A stretch of DNA of 64,000 nucleotides from Candidatus Bathyarchaeota archaeon (GTDB taxonomy: Archaea > Thermoproteota > Bathyarchaeia > Bathyarchaeales > DTEX01). The notes under the pieces are model-generated. The model did not search any database. It saw only the letters and a list, made by a program, of their open reading frames with translations, and was not told where the DNA came from. The stretch's first letter is position 1. Each line of letters begins with the position of its first letter. The stretch is from assembly GCA_018396435.1 (NCBI GenBank), contig JAGTRG010000001.1, positions 9,659 to 73,658 of the forward strand. The letters are read 5' to 3'. The translations under genes and the position numbers were made by a program. Shown here piece after piece: positions 18,726 through 29,195 of the stretch.

Positions 18726-19310
18726 TCATTCATGCCCGGGTAATAGCGATCTGTCCTCCCAGAGCTCAAGGCGCCTCCTCTTAAGCTCCTGCCTCTTCCT
18801 CTGGAGAAACTTGTAAACGGTTGAGTGCGTGCTCCCACCTATTAGGAGGTTCACTGCCTCTCGGGCAACGCTGACCTGTTCAGCGTCTCCTATTATTGCA
18901 ACAGTATGCCCATAAACGGAGACAATGGTCTCGCTCATCTCCTCAATTATCTCCCTAGTTCTCCCATTCCTCCCAATTATCCTGCCCTTAACCCGCCTAA
19001 GCTCAGCCTCCGATTTACCAAATATATCCCTTAAATCGATTATTTCAAGCATGTAATCTTCATTTTCAAGGAGCTTAAACGCCCGCTCCGGAGAGAAACC
19101 CCTGCCGATAGCCATAACTGTATCTTTAGCCCTGAATATCAGCGTTGGGTCCTCAGCCTTCTCCTTTAAAGTTATGGTTACATCCCCGGTTTCACTGTCA
19201 ATGTCAAGCTTCACACCTAGTTTCTCCTCTATATGGTTCTTCACGCTTCCATTTACGCCTATTAGAACGCCTATTCTCTCCTTTGGTATCTTAACGAATA
19301 GCTGCGCCAC
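18726..19310 (-). CDS. KH-domain rRNA processing protein (Dim2/Pno1-like)
   Basis: IPKERIGVLIG, AIGRGFSPERA, GRIIGRNG, GSTHSTVYKFL. Confidence 0.92.
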   Translation of the reverse strand: MAQLFVKIPKERIGVLIGVNGSVKNHIEEKLGVKLDIDSETGDVTITLKEKAEDPTLIFRAKDTVMAIGRGFSPERAFKLLENEDYMLEIIDLRDIFGKSEAELRRVKGRIIGRNGRTREIIEEMSETIVSVYGHTVAIIGDAEQVSVAREAVNLLIGGSTHSTVYKFLQRKRQELKRRRLELWEDRSLLPGHE

Positions 19311-20148
19311 CGGTTATCACCCTATATGCCTCTTCAACCCCAATAACATTTACACCGAGCTTCTCAAAATAACGATTTATATTTTCAACATCCCTCATCA
19401 GAAATTGGCCTGCATTAGGATGCTTAATTGAAACCGCCTGGGAAAAATCAAATAGGACGGGTCGGCCCCTAAAAACCATAACGTTATATTCGCTTAGGTC
19501 CCCGTGCACGAGCTCAGCGCCCCTATACAGCCTCTTAACATGCAGGAGAATAGTCCGATAAGTCCTCTCCGGACTCTTAAGTTCAACCTCCCTAAGCAGG
19601 GGGGCGCTGACGCCGTTTTTACCTATAAACTCCATTAGGAGCACATTGTTCTTTACGGTTATCGGCCTGGGAACCCTAACCTTCACCTCATAAGCCGACT
19701 TCAAATTTTTAAATTCCTTCTGAGCCCACAAATAAACTAGGCTTCTCAAATTCTTTCTAACATTCTCAAATCTCGGGTCGCCGAGAATATATGGCAGCCT
19801 GCCCCTCCTAAACTCAGCTGAAACGGTTAAAAATATTTTTATGGCGATCTCCTCACCCGCTGAGTTTATGCCCCAATATATGCGCGACTCCTTCCCTGAG
19901 TCCACAACGCCGTAAATCTCCTTTATTTCACCCCCATTCATGAAATCATATATCGTCATGAGGGTTGACTTATCAAAAACCTCCTCAAGAACCGCCATCT
20001 CAGATGAGCGGTCCTTAATCAGCATTCTATCCCTCTTCTCCATCTTCTTAATCTTCTCCGCTACCTTAGCCCTGAGCTCTTCCTCGGCTTTCATGCTCCT
20101 CTTTCTGCCCAGATCGCTTTTCTCCTCTTTTATTTTAGCGCTGCTCAT
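19291..20148 (-). CDS. rio1: RIO1-type Ser/Thr kinase
   Basis: SGKESRIY, AIKIF, GDPRF, LVHGDLSEYN, FDFSQAV. Start uncertain (20148 or 20193). Confidence 0.93.
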   Translation of the reverse strand: MSSAKIKEEKSDLGRKRSMKAEEELRAKVAEKIKKMEKRDRMLIKDRSSEMAVLEEVFDKSTLMTIYDFMNGGEIKEIYGVVDSGKESRIYWGINSAGEEIAIKIFLTVSAEFRRGRLPYILGDPRFENVRKNLRSLVYLWAQKEFKNLKSAYEVKVRVPRPITVKNNVLLMEFIGKNGVSAPLLREVELKSPERTYRTILLHVKRLYRGAELVHGDLSEYNVMVFRGRPVLFDFSQAVSIKHPNAGQFLMRDVENINRYFEKLGVNVIGVEEAYRVITGGAAIR

Positions 20149-20452
20149 ATTAGCAGATTTAATGTATATCACCCTATTTAATGTTCCCTTCAACAGGATT
20201 GCCGAAAAATAGAAGAAGGATAAAGCATGCCTTATTAAAGACGCTTACAGCTGAGAAGAATTCTTCAACGTAGTGTTTAAAGGACTCATTGTTAGGAAGC
20301 AAAAATAGATTTCTAAAGGGAAAATTTATGAAACTCGCATAAGTTAAAATTGCGCGAAGTTAAACCAGTAGTTAGTGTATCTGAAAAAGAATGCCCGCTT
20401 ATTTTCTTTTTGAGGGCAAATTTTAAATAAATGTGGGAATATTATCGCATTA

Positions 20453-20686
20453 GTGGGAAATATGAGCATTGTGAGGCTAGGTTCAAAAGGAAGGCTAACA
20501 CTGCCAGCCGAAGTAAGATCTAAAGTTAAGGCTACAAAATTTCTCGTTGTTCTAGAAGGGGACTCTATAAGGTTAATTCCACTTCCAGATCCATTAAAAA
20601 TTAAGGGTTTAATCAGAATTCCTTGGGGTGTTGAGGAACTTGAAGAGGCGGGTGAACAATTTGTTCTCAAAAGAGATGAAGGGTAA
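20453..20686 (+). CDS. AbrB/MazE/SpoVT-family antitoxin
   Basis: VRLGSKGRLTLPAEVR...LEGDSIRLIP; overlaps the PIN toxin start. Confidence 0.85.
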   Translation: MGNMSIVRLGSKGRLTLPAEVRSKVKATKFLVVLEGDSIRLIPLPDPLKIKGLIRIPWGVEELEEAGEQFVLKRDEG

Positions 20687-21107
20687 ATTCCTTCTAGATA
20701 CAGATGCCTTTATATCATACATAAGTGGCGACGAACTTGTAGAGCAAGCGGAAAAAATTGTAGAGCTCATAACAGACGGAGCAGTAGAAGCATTTGTATC
20801 GTCAATGCTTTATGATGATGTGATCTCCGCATTACGCTCTAAGGGAATGGAAATCGACGACGTAATTCAAGTTTTAGTAGCAATAGCATCCATACCCCAC
20901 GTATCTCTCCCGATAACTACGCAAATAGCAATAAGCGCATTAACACTTTACATGCGGCATGGAGGACCAAGAAAACTCCATTATTTCGATGCCTTTCACG
21001 TGGCCACAGCCAGATATCATGAATTGCCAATGATAACAAGCGACAATTACATAAACGAGCATCAAAAGAGCCTGGGAATAACAGCATATAACCTAAGAAA
21101 AATATAA
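20676..21107 (+). CDS. vapC: PIN-domain (VapC) toxin
   Basis: FLLDTDAFI, YFDAFHVATA, ITSD. Confidence 0.88.
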   Translation: MKGKFLLDTDAFISYISGDELVEQAEKIVELITDGAVEAFVSSMLYDDVISALRSKGMEIDDVIQVLVAIASIPHVSLPITTQIAISALTLYMRHGGPRKLHYFDAFHVATARYHELPMITSDNYINEHQKSLGITAYNLRKI

Positions 21108-21359
21108 AATGATAAGAAAGCGGGTCTATTCAGCCAAACTTCGCCCTCTAATGCAATCATTTGAATGGTGAATACTGAATCGTCTCTTCTCTCTTTCCTA
21201 TCATATTTATTTCTCTTAATTTTTCCAGAATCCCGCATTTACTTTCAAGTTCCAAGTTCAAGGTGTCAAAATTATTTCTAATGATTGTGCGATGAGGCTG
21301 GAAAATGCTATTAAGCTATTAAATTAGAACTATCAGTATGAATGGAAATGCATGTCATC

Positions 21360-21956
21360 CTAAATTGTTCTTCTTGCGCCGCAATTTGGGCAGACAGTTT
21401 CGGTTTGAGGCATTAGGGTTCCGCAATATTTGCATGGGATCATCACCACTTCCCGGATTACCTCCCTCTCCTTAATGACCGGTGCGGCTGACGGTTGGGC
21501 TACCTGCACCTCCAATGCTTGGCTTGCAGCATCCGGTCTGCCCTTAACGGCGATCACGCCCTTAATTGACCATGTAACCCTCCTGTCGATGCTTTTAAGC
21601 GTCGGCTTCATCGTAACCGGAATCTCTATGCTGAACGGGAATTTTCCTGTGAAACCCTTCGGTATATGTGTTGGTCCGCTAAGGCTTGGCTTTGCAGAAT
21701 ACAGCGTCGCTGACTCCCAGGTCTCCTTAGTGACTTCGCGCTTCAGCGTTGCATCGTAAACAGGCTTAAAGACCTTCGCTGACTCAACGCATTGGAGTTC
21801 GCATCTTATATCGTCAGCGTCGAAGTCTTCAGAGGAGGATACTGCCAGCTCACCCTCAACTTTCTCGCCTAAAAAATATGTGCTCTTGTTAAGGTTTAAA
21901 ACTAGGTTAACCTTAGGCGGCGTGACCTTCTCAACCATCTTTCTTAGGAATGCCAA
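21360..21956 (-). CDS. Arrestin-N/Spo0M-like beta-sandwich protein with C-terminal zinc ribbon
   Basis: TYFLGEKVEGEL, IRCELQCVE, GKFPFSIEIP..MKPT...VTWSIKGVI; C-terminal CKYC...CPNCG. Confidence 0.6.
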   Translation of the reverse strand: MAFLRKMVEKVTPPKVNLVLNLNKSTYFLGEKVEGELAVSSSEDFDADDIRCELQCVESAKVFKPVYDATLKREVTKETWESATLYSAKPSLSGPTHIPKGFTGKFPFSIEIPVTMKPTLKSIDRRVTWSIKGVIAVKGRPDAASQALEVQVAQPSAAPVIKEREVIREVVMIPCKYCGTLMPQTETVCPNCGARRTI

Positions 21957-22102
21957 ATGGGCGTCTCCCTAATGGTCAATCTGATTCTTAATACTTATTT
22001 CTTGAGGAATCTCCAGAAATAATTTATGGTTTCCACCAAAATACATTTATAAAAATCTTTAAGAATCTATGACGTATTGCGTATTGAATTGGGCGGGTCT
22101 CA

Positions 22103-22939
22103 ATGAAGCTCTCTTTCACAACTTTGGGGTGCCCCAGCTGGGATCTGAACAGGATAGTTGAGAACGCTGCCAATATGGGTTTCGACGCTGTTGACTTTCG
22201 AGGTTTACTTGAAGACATAGATATAACTGGGCGGCCTGAGTTCACAACCAATCTCAACAAAACAAAGAAGCTATTTGCCGATTACGGCGTCGCAGTTTCC
22301 GGAATATCCATCTCCGCCCGGTTTGCCGTTTTAGATCCCCGGGAAAGGATGGAGCAGTTTGATGAGACGCGGCGCAACATGGCTCTTGCCGCTGAGCTAA
22401 ATGCGCCTGTGGTCCGCATATACGGAGGCACGATACCAAAAGGCTACACTGCTGAAACAATCATGCCGTTGATCGTGCAGAATCTGCGGGAAATTGGAGA
22501 TGAAGCCGAAGATTACGGTGTCACGCTGGCTTTAGAGACCCATGATGACTGGATTGACTCATCTCTTTGCGCTAGGCTAATGAGGGAGGTAAATCATAAG
22601 CGCATCCGCATACTATGGGATCTGCATCATCCATATCGCATGAAGGGCGAACCTCCGGAGTTAACCTACAGTAATCTGGCGCCCTACATTGTTAATATTC
22701 ACGTGAAGGATTCAATAGTGGACGATGAGGGAAGAGTGAGGTACGTCTTGCTTGGGGAGGGAACAGTACCAATAAGAAAGATGCTCAGCATGCTGATAGA
22801 AGGGGGCTATGGAGGATATGCCACATTAGAGTGGGAAAAAAGGTGGCATCCGTACCTATCTGATCCCGAAATAGTATTTCCACAATATGTGCAAAAAATG
22901 CATGAGTGGCTGGGCGAACATATAAGAAGAGGCTGCTGA
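22103..22939 (+). CDS. Sugar phosphate isomerase/epimerase (xylose isomerase-like TIM barrel)
   Basis: FTTLGCP, LALETHD, WDLHH, IHVKD, TLEWEKRWHP. Confidence 0.85.
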   Translation: MKLSFTTLGCPSWDLNRIVENAANMGFDAVDFRGLLEDIDITGRPEFTTNLNKTKKLFADYGVAVSGISISARFAVLDPRERMEQFDETRRNMALAAELNAPVVRIYGGTIPKGYTAETIMPLIVQNLREIGDEAEDYGVTLALETHDDWIDSSLCARLMREVNHKRIRILWDLHHPYRMKGEPPELTYSNLAPYIVNIHVKDSIVDDEGRVRYVLLGEGTVPIRKMLSMLIEGGYGGYATLEWEKRWHPYLSDPEIVFPQYVQKMHEWLGEHIRRGC

Positions 22940-23483
22940 AATAAGCGCTATAAACCACTCTTAAAACTCCCAACTATATCCTCTTGGTGGATAGGCTTAG
23001 AGCAGGGCTGGTTAAATATGGAAATAAGTCATCATTATTATTTTGTTGTTATCATTTTGATGTTATATGATTCAGCTGAGGTTTCGCCTTCATAAGTCTA
23101 TTAAGAAACAATGCTCCCACTATATCCTTGGGATTGACCGGGGAAATTTTAGAAGATCCCTTCGAGAGAAACCTTTTCGTTGAAAAACCCGGAAAAGAAT
23201 TCGAGAAATTTTTAAATAATTTCTTGAAGACGCTAAAAGAAATTGCCAGCGAATGCTAAATTCTTTAAACCCAAATGCCAGAGTTTACACCTAATCAAGA
23301 ATTAAACCAAAAAAGGTTTAATATTCAATTTTTCGCTTGATTTTCATCGAATAGTTGATACCCTCTCCTAGATTTTTACACAAGCCCAGAAATGCTAGCT
23401 GTGCTTCTTCCAGAATTAAGAAACTCTTAACCTAGCGCTGAAACCATTTTGGGTTTAAAATTATAGAAGAATTCTTGGCATAA

Positions 23484-23792
23484 TTATTGAATTGTTAGAA
23501 GGCCCATTTTGCGCAGGTGTTCCGCCTGGCCCTTCGTGTAGCGCCAGATTATATCCCCGCGCGTGTCGTACTGGAAGTCCCATGGGGATACTAAGACAAT
23601 GTCGCCGATCCTTATCCAGAACCTCCGCTTAAGCTTACCCCTTATCCGGCATATGCGTTCATGCCCATCTTGGCACTTAACCAGTACGCGGTCGTAGCCA
23701 AGCAGCTTCATAGCTATACCTAGCACATCATTCCCAGATGGGAGCACCAGCTCACTCATGTCTTCCTCGCTGATAACCTTCTTTTTACCCAA
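23484..23792 (-). CDS. eif1a: Translation initiation factor aIF-1A
   Basis: CQDGHERICRIRGK, WIRIGDIVLVSPWDFQ, RGDIIWRY. Confidence 0.96.
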   Translation of the reverse strand: MGKKKVISEEDMSELVLPSGNDVLGIAMKLLGYDRVLVKCQDGHERICRIRGKLKRRFWIRIGDIVLVSPWDFQYDTRGDIIWRYTKGQAEHLRKMGLLTIQ

Positions 23793-23888
23793 ACTTTTGC
23801 CTCTTGAAGGATACTGTCTTCGACTTATCTGTTAAAAGGGGGAACCTTGCTTAAATACTTTTAATTATCGCTCTGGAGAAATGCTGGA

Positions 23889-24737
23889 TTATAAGCCGGA
23901 TAAACTCCAAACCCTGCTAACCGCTTCACCGATTTTTCTCACGGCCTCCCGAATCGGTAGGCTTATCAATCTCTCATCGAAGGGTTCGGGGGTCACTGGG
24001 CCATCGTACCCGACATCCCACAGCGCCCTTAGGAAACCAACGATGTCTATGACGCCTGTCTCGCCCGGAAGCCTTCTGATATTATCCCTCTGCTCATCAA
24101 CTGGTATGCCTTGGGGCGCATCGTTAATGTGGACGTAAACTATCTGCCTGCTTCTTAAACCCCTTACCTGCTCCACAGTTCCATGCGATGTATACCAATG
24201 CCAGCTGTCAAGCAGTAATCCAACATTTTCAGTTCCAATCGCATCGCAGAGCTTAAGCATGCCGTCCATTGTGCATATGAACTCATACTTATGTCCAACC
24301 CTAAGGGTCTTAGGCGCTACAAACTCCAACCCTAGGAGGCAACCGTAATCTTCCAAAATTTCGGCTATGGGCCTAAGCCTTCTAACGTGTAATTCAAAAT
24401 TCTCATTAAATGGTAAAATATCGGAGAAGGGAATTATCCACGTAAAAACCCTGTAACAGCCTATTTCATCCGCTATCTTGGCTAATATGGGTAAATTCTT
24501 AAGATCCCCCTCATATTTCCCCTCACCGCCTCTGAAATCCACCGGTAGAGCCCAGCCGCCGAGCCTTAGATCCCCCAAGAGGCCTTTAATATCCATGACG
24601 CTGCTCTTTTTAAGGAGGCTCCAGATTTCCAGGATATTTATGTCTATCCCCTCGAAGCCGCCTAGATTGGCCAAATCTACTGCTTCATGGAATGATGCTT
24701 GGAAGCCCAGCGCGTTGGGATTAAGGTTTTTAAACAT
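23889..24737 (-). CDS. Sugar phosphate isomerase/epimerase (TIM barrel)
   Basis: LGLEFVAP, LLDSWHW, VHINDA, RRLPGETG, TPEPF. Confidence 0.85.
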   Translation of the reverse strand: MFKNLNPNALGFQASFHEAVDLANLGGFEGIDINILEIWSLLKKSSVMDIKGLLGDLRLGGWALPVDFRGGEGKYEGDLKNLPILAKIADEIGCYRVFTWIIPFSDILPFNENFELHVRRLRPIAEILEDYGCLLGLEFVAPKTLRVGHKYEFICTMDGMLKLCDAIGTENVGLLLDSWHWYTSHGTVEQVRGLRSRQIVYVHINDAPQGIPVDEQRDNIRRLPGETGVIDIVGFLRALWDVGYDGPVTPEPFDERLISLPIREAVRKIGEAVSRVWSLSGL

Positions 24738-24763
24738 ATGAGCACCGCCGAATTTGGAGGGGT

Positions 24764-25981
24764 TCATTCAAAGAGCGTAACGGTTACCTCCTCACCCTCA
24801 TCTATGACGTCAAGGTTAACTGGTAAGATCACGTAGCCATCAGCCTCCGAAAGGCTTGTTATGTCACCTGACTTCTTAAACGCCGGGTAAGCTTTTCCGT
24901 CAACTATCTTCACGGTGAGGAATTGCTCCCGTCCGGAGGCGGAAACAATACGTTTTGCCATCTTAGCCTTAACAGTTGTCGGCCTTTTAGGCGGCATCCT
25001 CGCCATCTTACGTATAATCGGGATCAGAAATACGTATGCATTGCTAAGGCATGATGCTGGGTAACCCGGCATCCCCAAAACCGGTTTTTCCCTCACAACG
25101 CCGAATAATGTTGGTTTACCGGGCTTTATCTGGACACCGTGAAATAGGAGCTTACCGTCTTCCTCTATGATATCCGCCAGCATATCCCGTTCCCCCACTG
25201 AGCTTCCCCCTGAAAAAACTATTAAATCATGATCTATGTATCGATATAGGGCTGCCCTCAAATTTTCATATGAATCTGGAATTATTGGGGCTCTCGTGAC
25301 TGATGCACCGTTCTCAAGAAGTAAAGAGGCCAGAGTATATGAGTTTACATCATAGACCTGTCCCTCCTTAAGTTCAAGCCCTAGATCCTGAACTTCCACA
25401 CCAGTTGGAATTAACGCCACTCGAGGTTTCCGGTAAACCAGAGCTTTTCTTAAGCCCAACGCCGCGAAAACACCTATTTTAGCGGGCGTTAAAACCTCAC
25501 CCTCCCTAATTATTGCCTCACCCTTCTTCACGTCCTCCCCCCTAGGCGATATATTTTCAAGCGGATGCACAGCCCTATAGATCGACACGTCGTCCCCCTT
25601 CTCCTCAGTGTACTCGGCCATAACTACAGCGTCGGCGCCGGGCGGTATGGGGCAGCCTGTTGCTATGCGGATACATTCTCCATTCCTTATCTCCCTGCTC
25701 GTTGATTCACCAGCGCGTAAAACCCCAACCAGCCTTAGGGTTTTAGGGTTGAATTCCGACGCGCCGTAGGTGTCCTCAGCCCTCACAGCGTAACCATCCA
25801 TAGCGGCCCTATCGAAAGGCGGAATATCCATCCCAGCTACAAGATCCTTGGCTAAAACCCTATTCGCAGACCTCTCGATTGGAACCAGCTCCGCTGCCTC
25901 CACTGGCTTGACGTGCTCCATAATTATCTCCAGGGCCCTTTCACGAGACATTAAAAGTTTAAAGGGCGTAATCTCGCTCAT
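24764..25981 (-). CDS. moeA: Molybdopterin molybdotransferase MoeA
   Basis: PPFDRAAMDGYAV, IATGCPIPPGADAVV, SGGSSVG, KPGKPT, GMPGYP. Confidence 0.95.
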   Translation of the reverse strand: MSEITPFKLLMSRERALEIIMEHVKPVEAAELVPIERSANRVLAKDLVAGMDIPPFDRAAMDGYAVRAEDTYGASEFNPKTLRLVGVLRAGESTSREIRNGECIRIATGCPIPPGADAVVMAEYTEEKGDDVSIYRAVHPLENISPRGEDVKKGEAIIREGEVLTPAKIGVFAALGLRKALVYRKPRVALIPTGVEVQDLGLELKEGQVYDVNSYTLASLLLENGASVTRAPIIPDSYENLRAALYRYIDHDLIVFSGGSSVGERDMLADIIEEDGKLLFHGVQIKPGKPTLFGVVREKPVLGMPGYPASCLSNAYVFLIPIIRKMARMPPKRPTTVKAKMAKRIVSASGREQFLTVKIVDGKAYPAFKKSGDITSLSEADGYVILPVNLDVIDEGEEVTVTLFE

Positions 25982-26126
25982 GCTAACCCAATTCTCCTTT
26001 CCTTAATAAGAGACATGATGAGTGAAACATAAAAGGCTTTCAATTTTACGGCTTAGAAAACATTGCGGAAAACGATTTTCTGGGAAAATTTATAAGACAT
26101 GATTCTTTCAAAAATAGTGTGGGATC

Positions 26127-29100
26127 ATGCTTAAGGCCATTCCCTTTAAAAGAGCATCGTTTTTCTTAGCTCTCTCACTATTTTTAATATTCTTTTTACC
26201 GGTTAGCTCTCACATCGTTCATGCTGAGAGATACGCTGAAATCGCGGAGAGAGCATCCTACTCAATATCGGTATATGTGAAGGCGGTGGACGCCGTAACA
26301 GGGCAGCCAATTCACGATGCAACGCTGATACTTTGGGATCTCAGCACATTTGATAAGCCTCAGCCAGGCGCAGGCATATACTCCACCGATGAAAATGGCG
26401 GATGCGTCATTTTCGGGGATTACTTAAGGATTAAGCATTTCTATTGGCTATATGTTTACAAAGGCAAATTTGAAGAAAAAACCGTTGACTATGTGCCTGT
26501 TAAAAGGGAAATATATCTTGAGAGGCCGGAAAACGTAAGCCTGACGCTGCAGATGGTTCCCGGAGCAATGATCGAGGTTGAGGGGATCCCCTATCTCATT
26601 CAATCCCCAAGCCCGGAAGAGCGCTATATGATCATAACAATTAAGGAGAGATCCGGAACCCTAAATTATTCATTCATTAGGGAATATGGCAACTCACCTG
26701 ACGTCTACATGCTGGGCTTAAATAGAAAAATCATCATTGTTCCGGCAAACACACCCATTGATCTTGAAGTTAAGGTCTGGTTTTTCCTAAGGGAGACAGG
26801 TCGCATAACGGTGAGCAGCGAAATATTTTACATAAATAACAATTCCTTGCCATTAATACTTCCCCAAGGGGGACTTTTATCATCTTTAAAGATTCCAGCA
26901 TACAGCCTTAGGAAGGGGCTTTCGCACATCGAATCGGTATTTGCTGATGTTTCCTCAAAGCTGGATGAAGCCCAAAGAATCGGGTTCACGGTCTTCGATG
27001 AAAGGCGCATACTCACCCGGGTAAGCCAGAGGAAGATTGAAGCCGAATCCTTATTGCAGAGCGCACAAACCGATAAGGATTTCGAGAACATATGGCTGGC
27101 GCTTAGAGAAGCCCTGGGTGAGATGAACTATGTTTATGCGGTGCTGCAAAACAAATACCTAGTCAGCAAGACTAATGCCGTCTATCTCTCGGCGGTGATC
27201 TCAGTTTTCAGCATCGTATTGTCCTCCTTCCTCTTTGAGAGTGAGAAGAAAAAGATACATGTAGGCGTAATATTCTACATCGTCTCAATAGTGATCCTTT
27301 ACTTTATACATCCTGGATCGCATGTGATAATCGACGAAAACTTCATATTATTTCTGCAGTCAGCCTCCATATCCTTCATTGCGGTTTTAGCCATTGTTTT
27401 CGGCATACCGCATGTTTGGAAGGAAAGAACCGTTGAAGGCGAGGTTTCATGGAGAAGCGCCATATCGGTGATCTTCTCCATGGGTAAGCGCCAGATAAGG
27501 CGGAAAAAGATACGCGGTTTCTTCACGATCCTATCAATATGCATCCTCATTTTAGCATTCACTTCGCTCACATCCTTCGGCACAGCCTTCGGCGTTGTCT
27601 CCAGCAAATTAAACGCCGTTCCCCCATCTGAAGGCGTCCTCATAAGGCGGATGATAAACGGTTCATCACTAATTTTTTCACCCCTAGGATACGGCGACAT
27701 AATATCAATTTCGAGAGTCGCATCAATATCTAATGTCGCGCAGAGACTGAAAAACTACCCAAAAAACGAACCCGTGGTTCGCCTTGTAAATCCCAATACT
27801 GGAGCCTTCCACTTTATTTACGGTGTTCTCGCAATATCACCCGCCAATGAATCCATCTACACAAATCTGGATGAGGTTGCTGAGGGGGGATATCTAAGCG
27901 AAGGGGTTGAGAATGAGGTTCTTATAAGCGTAAATGTGGCGAATAAGCTGGGCATTAAAGTAAATGGCAATGTAACCCTAGAAGTTTCCGGCACAACGTT
28001 AAGGAAAAACATGATGGTTAAGGGGCTGATTAACGATGAAGGTTATGAGAGTTTAATAGACGTTGACGGTAACCCTATAGGGCCCTCACGCCTCCTAGAA
28101 GACGGCTCAGCGAGAAGATGCAATAGCACAGAGATAATAGTGACTAATCTGAAGACCGCTGAAAGAATACAGATGGACCTTGATGCCATTTACGGGAGGA
28201 ACGCGCCGCAGTTTGTTTTACCATCAGAAATCCTTTTTCAGTTCAATCCGGAAGTGAACATTGAATCAGCCGTTAAAGAACTAATTTTCCTATTTGGATA
28301 CGACATCTTCGTCTCCCGCAACAATGAGGTCACCTACTACTACATTGGCTCCTACATTGAATTTAAGGGGGTCGCCGAACTTCTCATCCCGATGGTTATG
28401 GTGGTTCTAAACGTCAGCATGGTTATGGTTAACAGCGCATATGAGCGGGGAAAAGAGATCAGGGTGCTCTCAATGCTTGGTTTAAACCCAACGCATATAG
28501 GGCTGACATTTGTGGCTGAGGCAATAGTTATGGGGATGGTCGGCGGCAGCCTAGGCTATTTAGCCGGGCTTGGCTTCTACAGGATCATGATCCTATTCGG
28601 ACATGACCTAATGGTTAGGGAAAAGCTCGAATGGTGGTGGAGCGCCCTAGGCTTCCTCCTAGCCATACTCATCTCAGTGCTCTCAGCTATGAGACCGGCT
28701 GCCATGGCCGTCAGCGCCTACACCCCGTCAAGAGTGAGGAAGGTTAAAAGATCTGAGGAGGAAAAGAAGAAACGTAAGGAGGAAATATTCAAGGTTTATC
28801 ATGCCAGAGAACTCACCATGCCTGTGAAGGTGCTTACAAGCGAGAAGGATTTCTTCCTAAGCTTCTTCTTCGATCGCCTAGATGAGCTGAGGACAGGCTA
28901 CACTGAGAGGGTGGAAAACATGGAGGATATCCCCGAGATTGAAAATGTTAAGGGTGAGGTTGTAAAAACAATAAAGTTCATTTACTATTTCGGCCCGCCG
29001 GAGCGTAGGAGAGGGACGAAGAACAGCCTTGTTTTGATAAAGAGCCCATACGAAGATTACTACAGGGTTAAATTAATTTCTGAGCCGGCCGCCCCAGGGA

Positions 29101-29195
29101 TCCCAGAGAGCGCGGTGGACAGAACCGTTGACTTTGTCCACGATATAATGATGTTTTGGGCTAAAGATAAAAAGAGGATTATGGGCATCCCATAG
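26127..29195 (+). CDS. Large FtsX/MacB-like ABC permease with extracellular N-terminal domain
   Basis: Signal peptide, several TM helices, ERGKEIRVLSMLGLNPTHIGLTFVAEA FtsX signature, LSAMRPAAMA. Confidence 0.8.
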   Translation: MLKAIPFKRASFFLALSLFLIFFLPVSSHIVHAERYAEIAERASYSISVYVKAVDAVTGQPIHDATLILWDLSTFDKPQPGAGIYSTDENGGCVIFGDYLRIKHFYWLYVYKGKFEEKTVDYVPVKREIYLERPENVSLTLQMVPGAMIEVEGIPYLIQSPSPEERYMIITIKERSGTLNYSFIREYGNSPDVYMLGLNRKIIIVPANTPIDLEVKVWFFLRETGRITVSSEIFYINNNSLPLILPQGGLLSSLKIPAYSLRKGLSHIESVFADVSSKLDEAQRIGFTVFDERRILTRVSQRKIEAESLLQSAQTDKDFENIWLALREALGEMNYVYAVLQNKYLVSKTNAVYLSAVISVFSIVLSSFLFESEKKKIHVGVIFYIVSIVILYFIHPGSHVIIDENFILFLQSASISFIAVLAIVFGIPHVWKERTVEGEVSWRSAISVIFSMGKRQIRRKKIRGFFTILSICILILAFTSLTSFGTAFGVVSSKLNAVPPSEGVLIRRMINGSSLIFSPLGYGDIISISRVASISNVAQRLKNYPKNEPVVRLVNPNTGAFHFIYGVLAISPANESIYTNLDEVAEGGYLSEGVENEVLISVNVANKLGIKVNGNVTLEVSGTTLRKNMMVKGLINDEGYESLIDVDGNPIGPSRLLEDGSARRCNSTEIIVTNLKTAERIQMDLDAIYGRNAPQFVLPSEILFQFNPEVNIESAVKELIFLFGYDIFVSRNNEVTYYYIGSYIEFKGVAELLIPMVMVVLNVSMVMVNSAYERGKEIRVLSMLGLNPTHIGLTFVAEAIVMGMVGGSLGYLAGLGFYRIMILFGHDLMVREKLEWWWSALGFLLAILISVLSAMRPAAMAVSAYTPSRVRKVKRSEEEKKKRKEEIFKVYHARELTMPVKVLTSEKDFFLSFFFDRLDELRTGYTERVENMEDIPEIENVKGEVVKTIKFIYYFGPPERRRGTKNSLVLIKSPYEDYYRVKLISEPAAPGIPESAVDRTVDFVHDIMMFWAKDKKRIMGIP

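Larger units (their letters stand above)
20254..23476. mobile_element. Putative inserted islet bounded by the 12-bp direct repeat AGAAGAATTCTT
   Basis: Identical 12-mers at 20254-20265 and 23465-23476. The interval separates eIF1A from rio1, has AT-rich spacers and carries a TA pair. No integrase or transposase seen. Confidence 0.45.
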
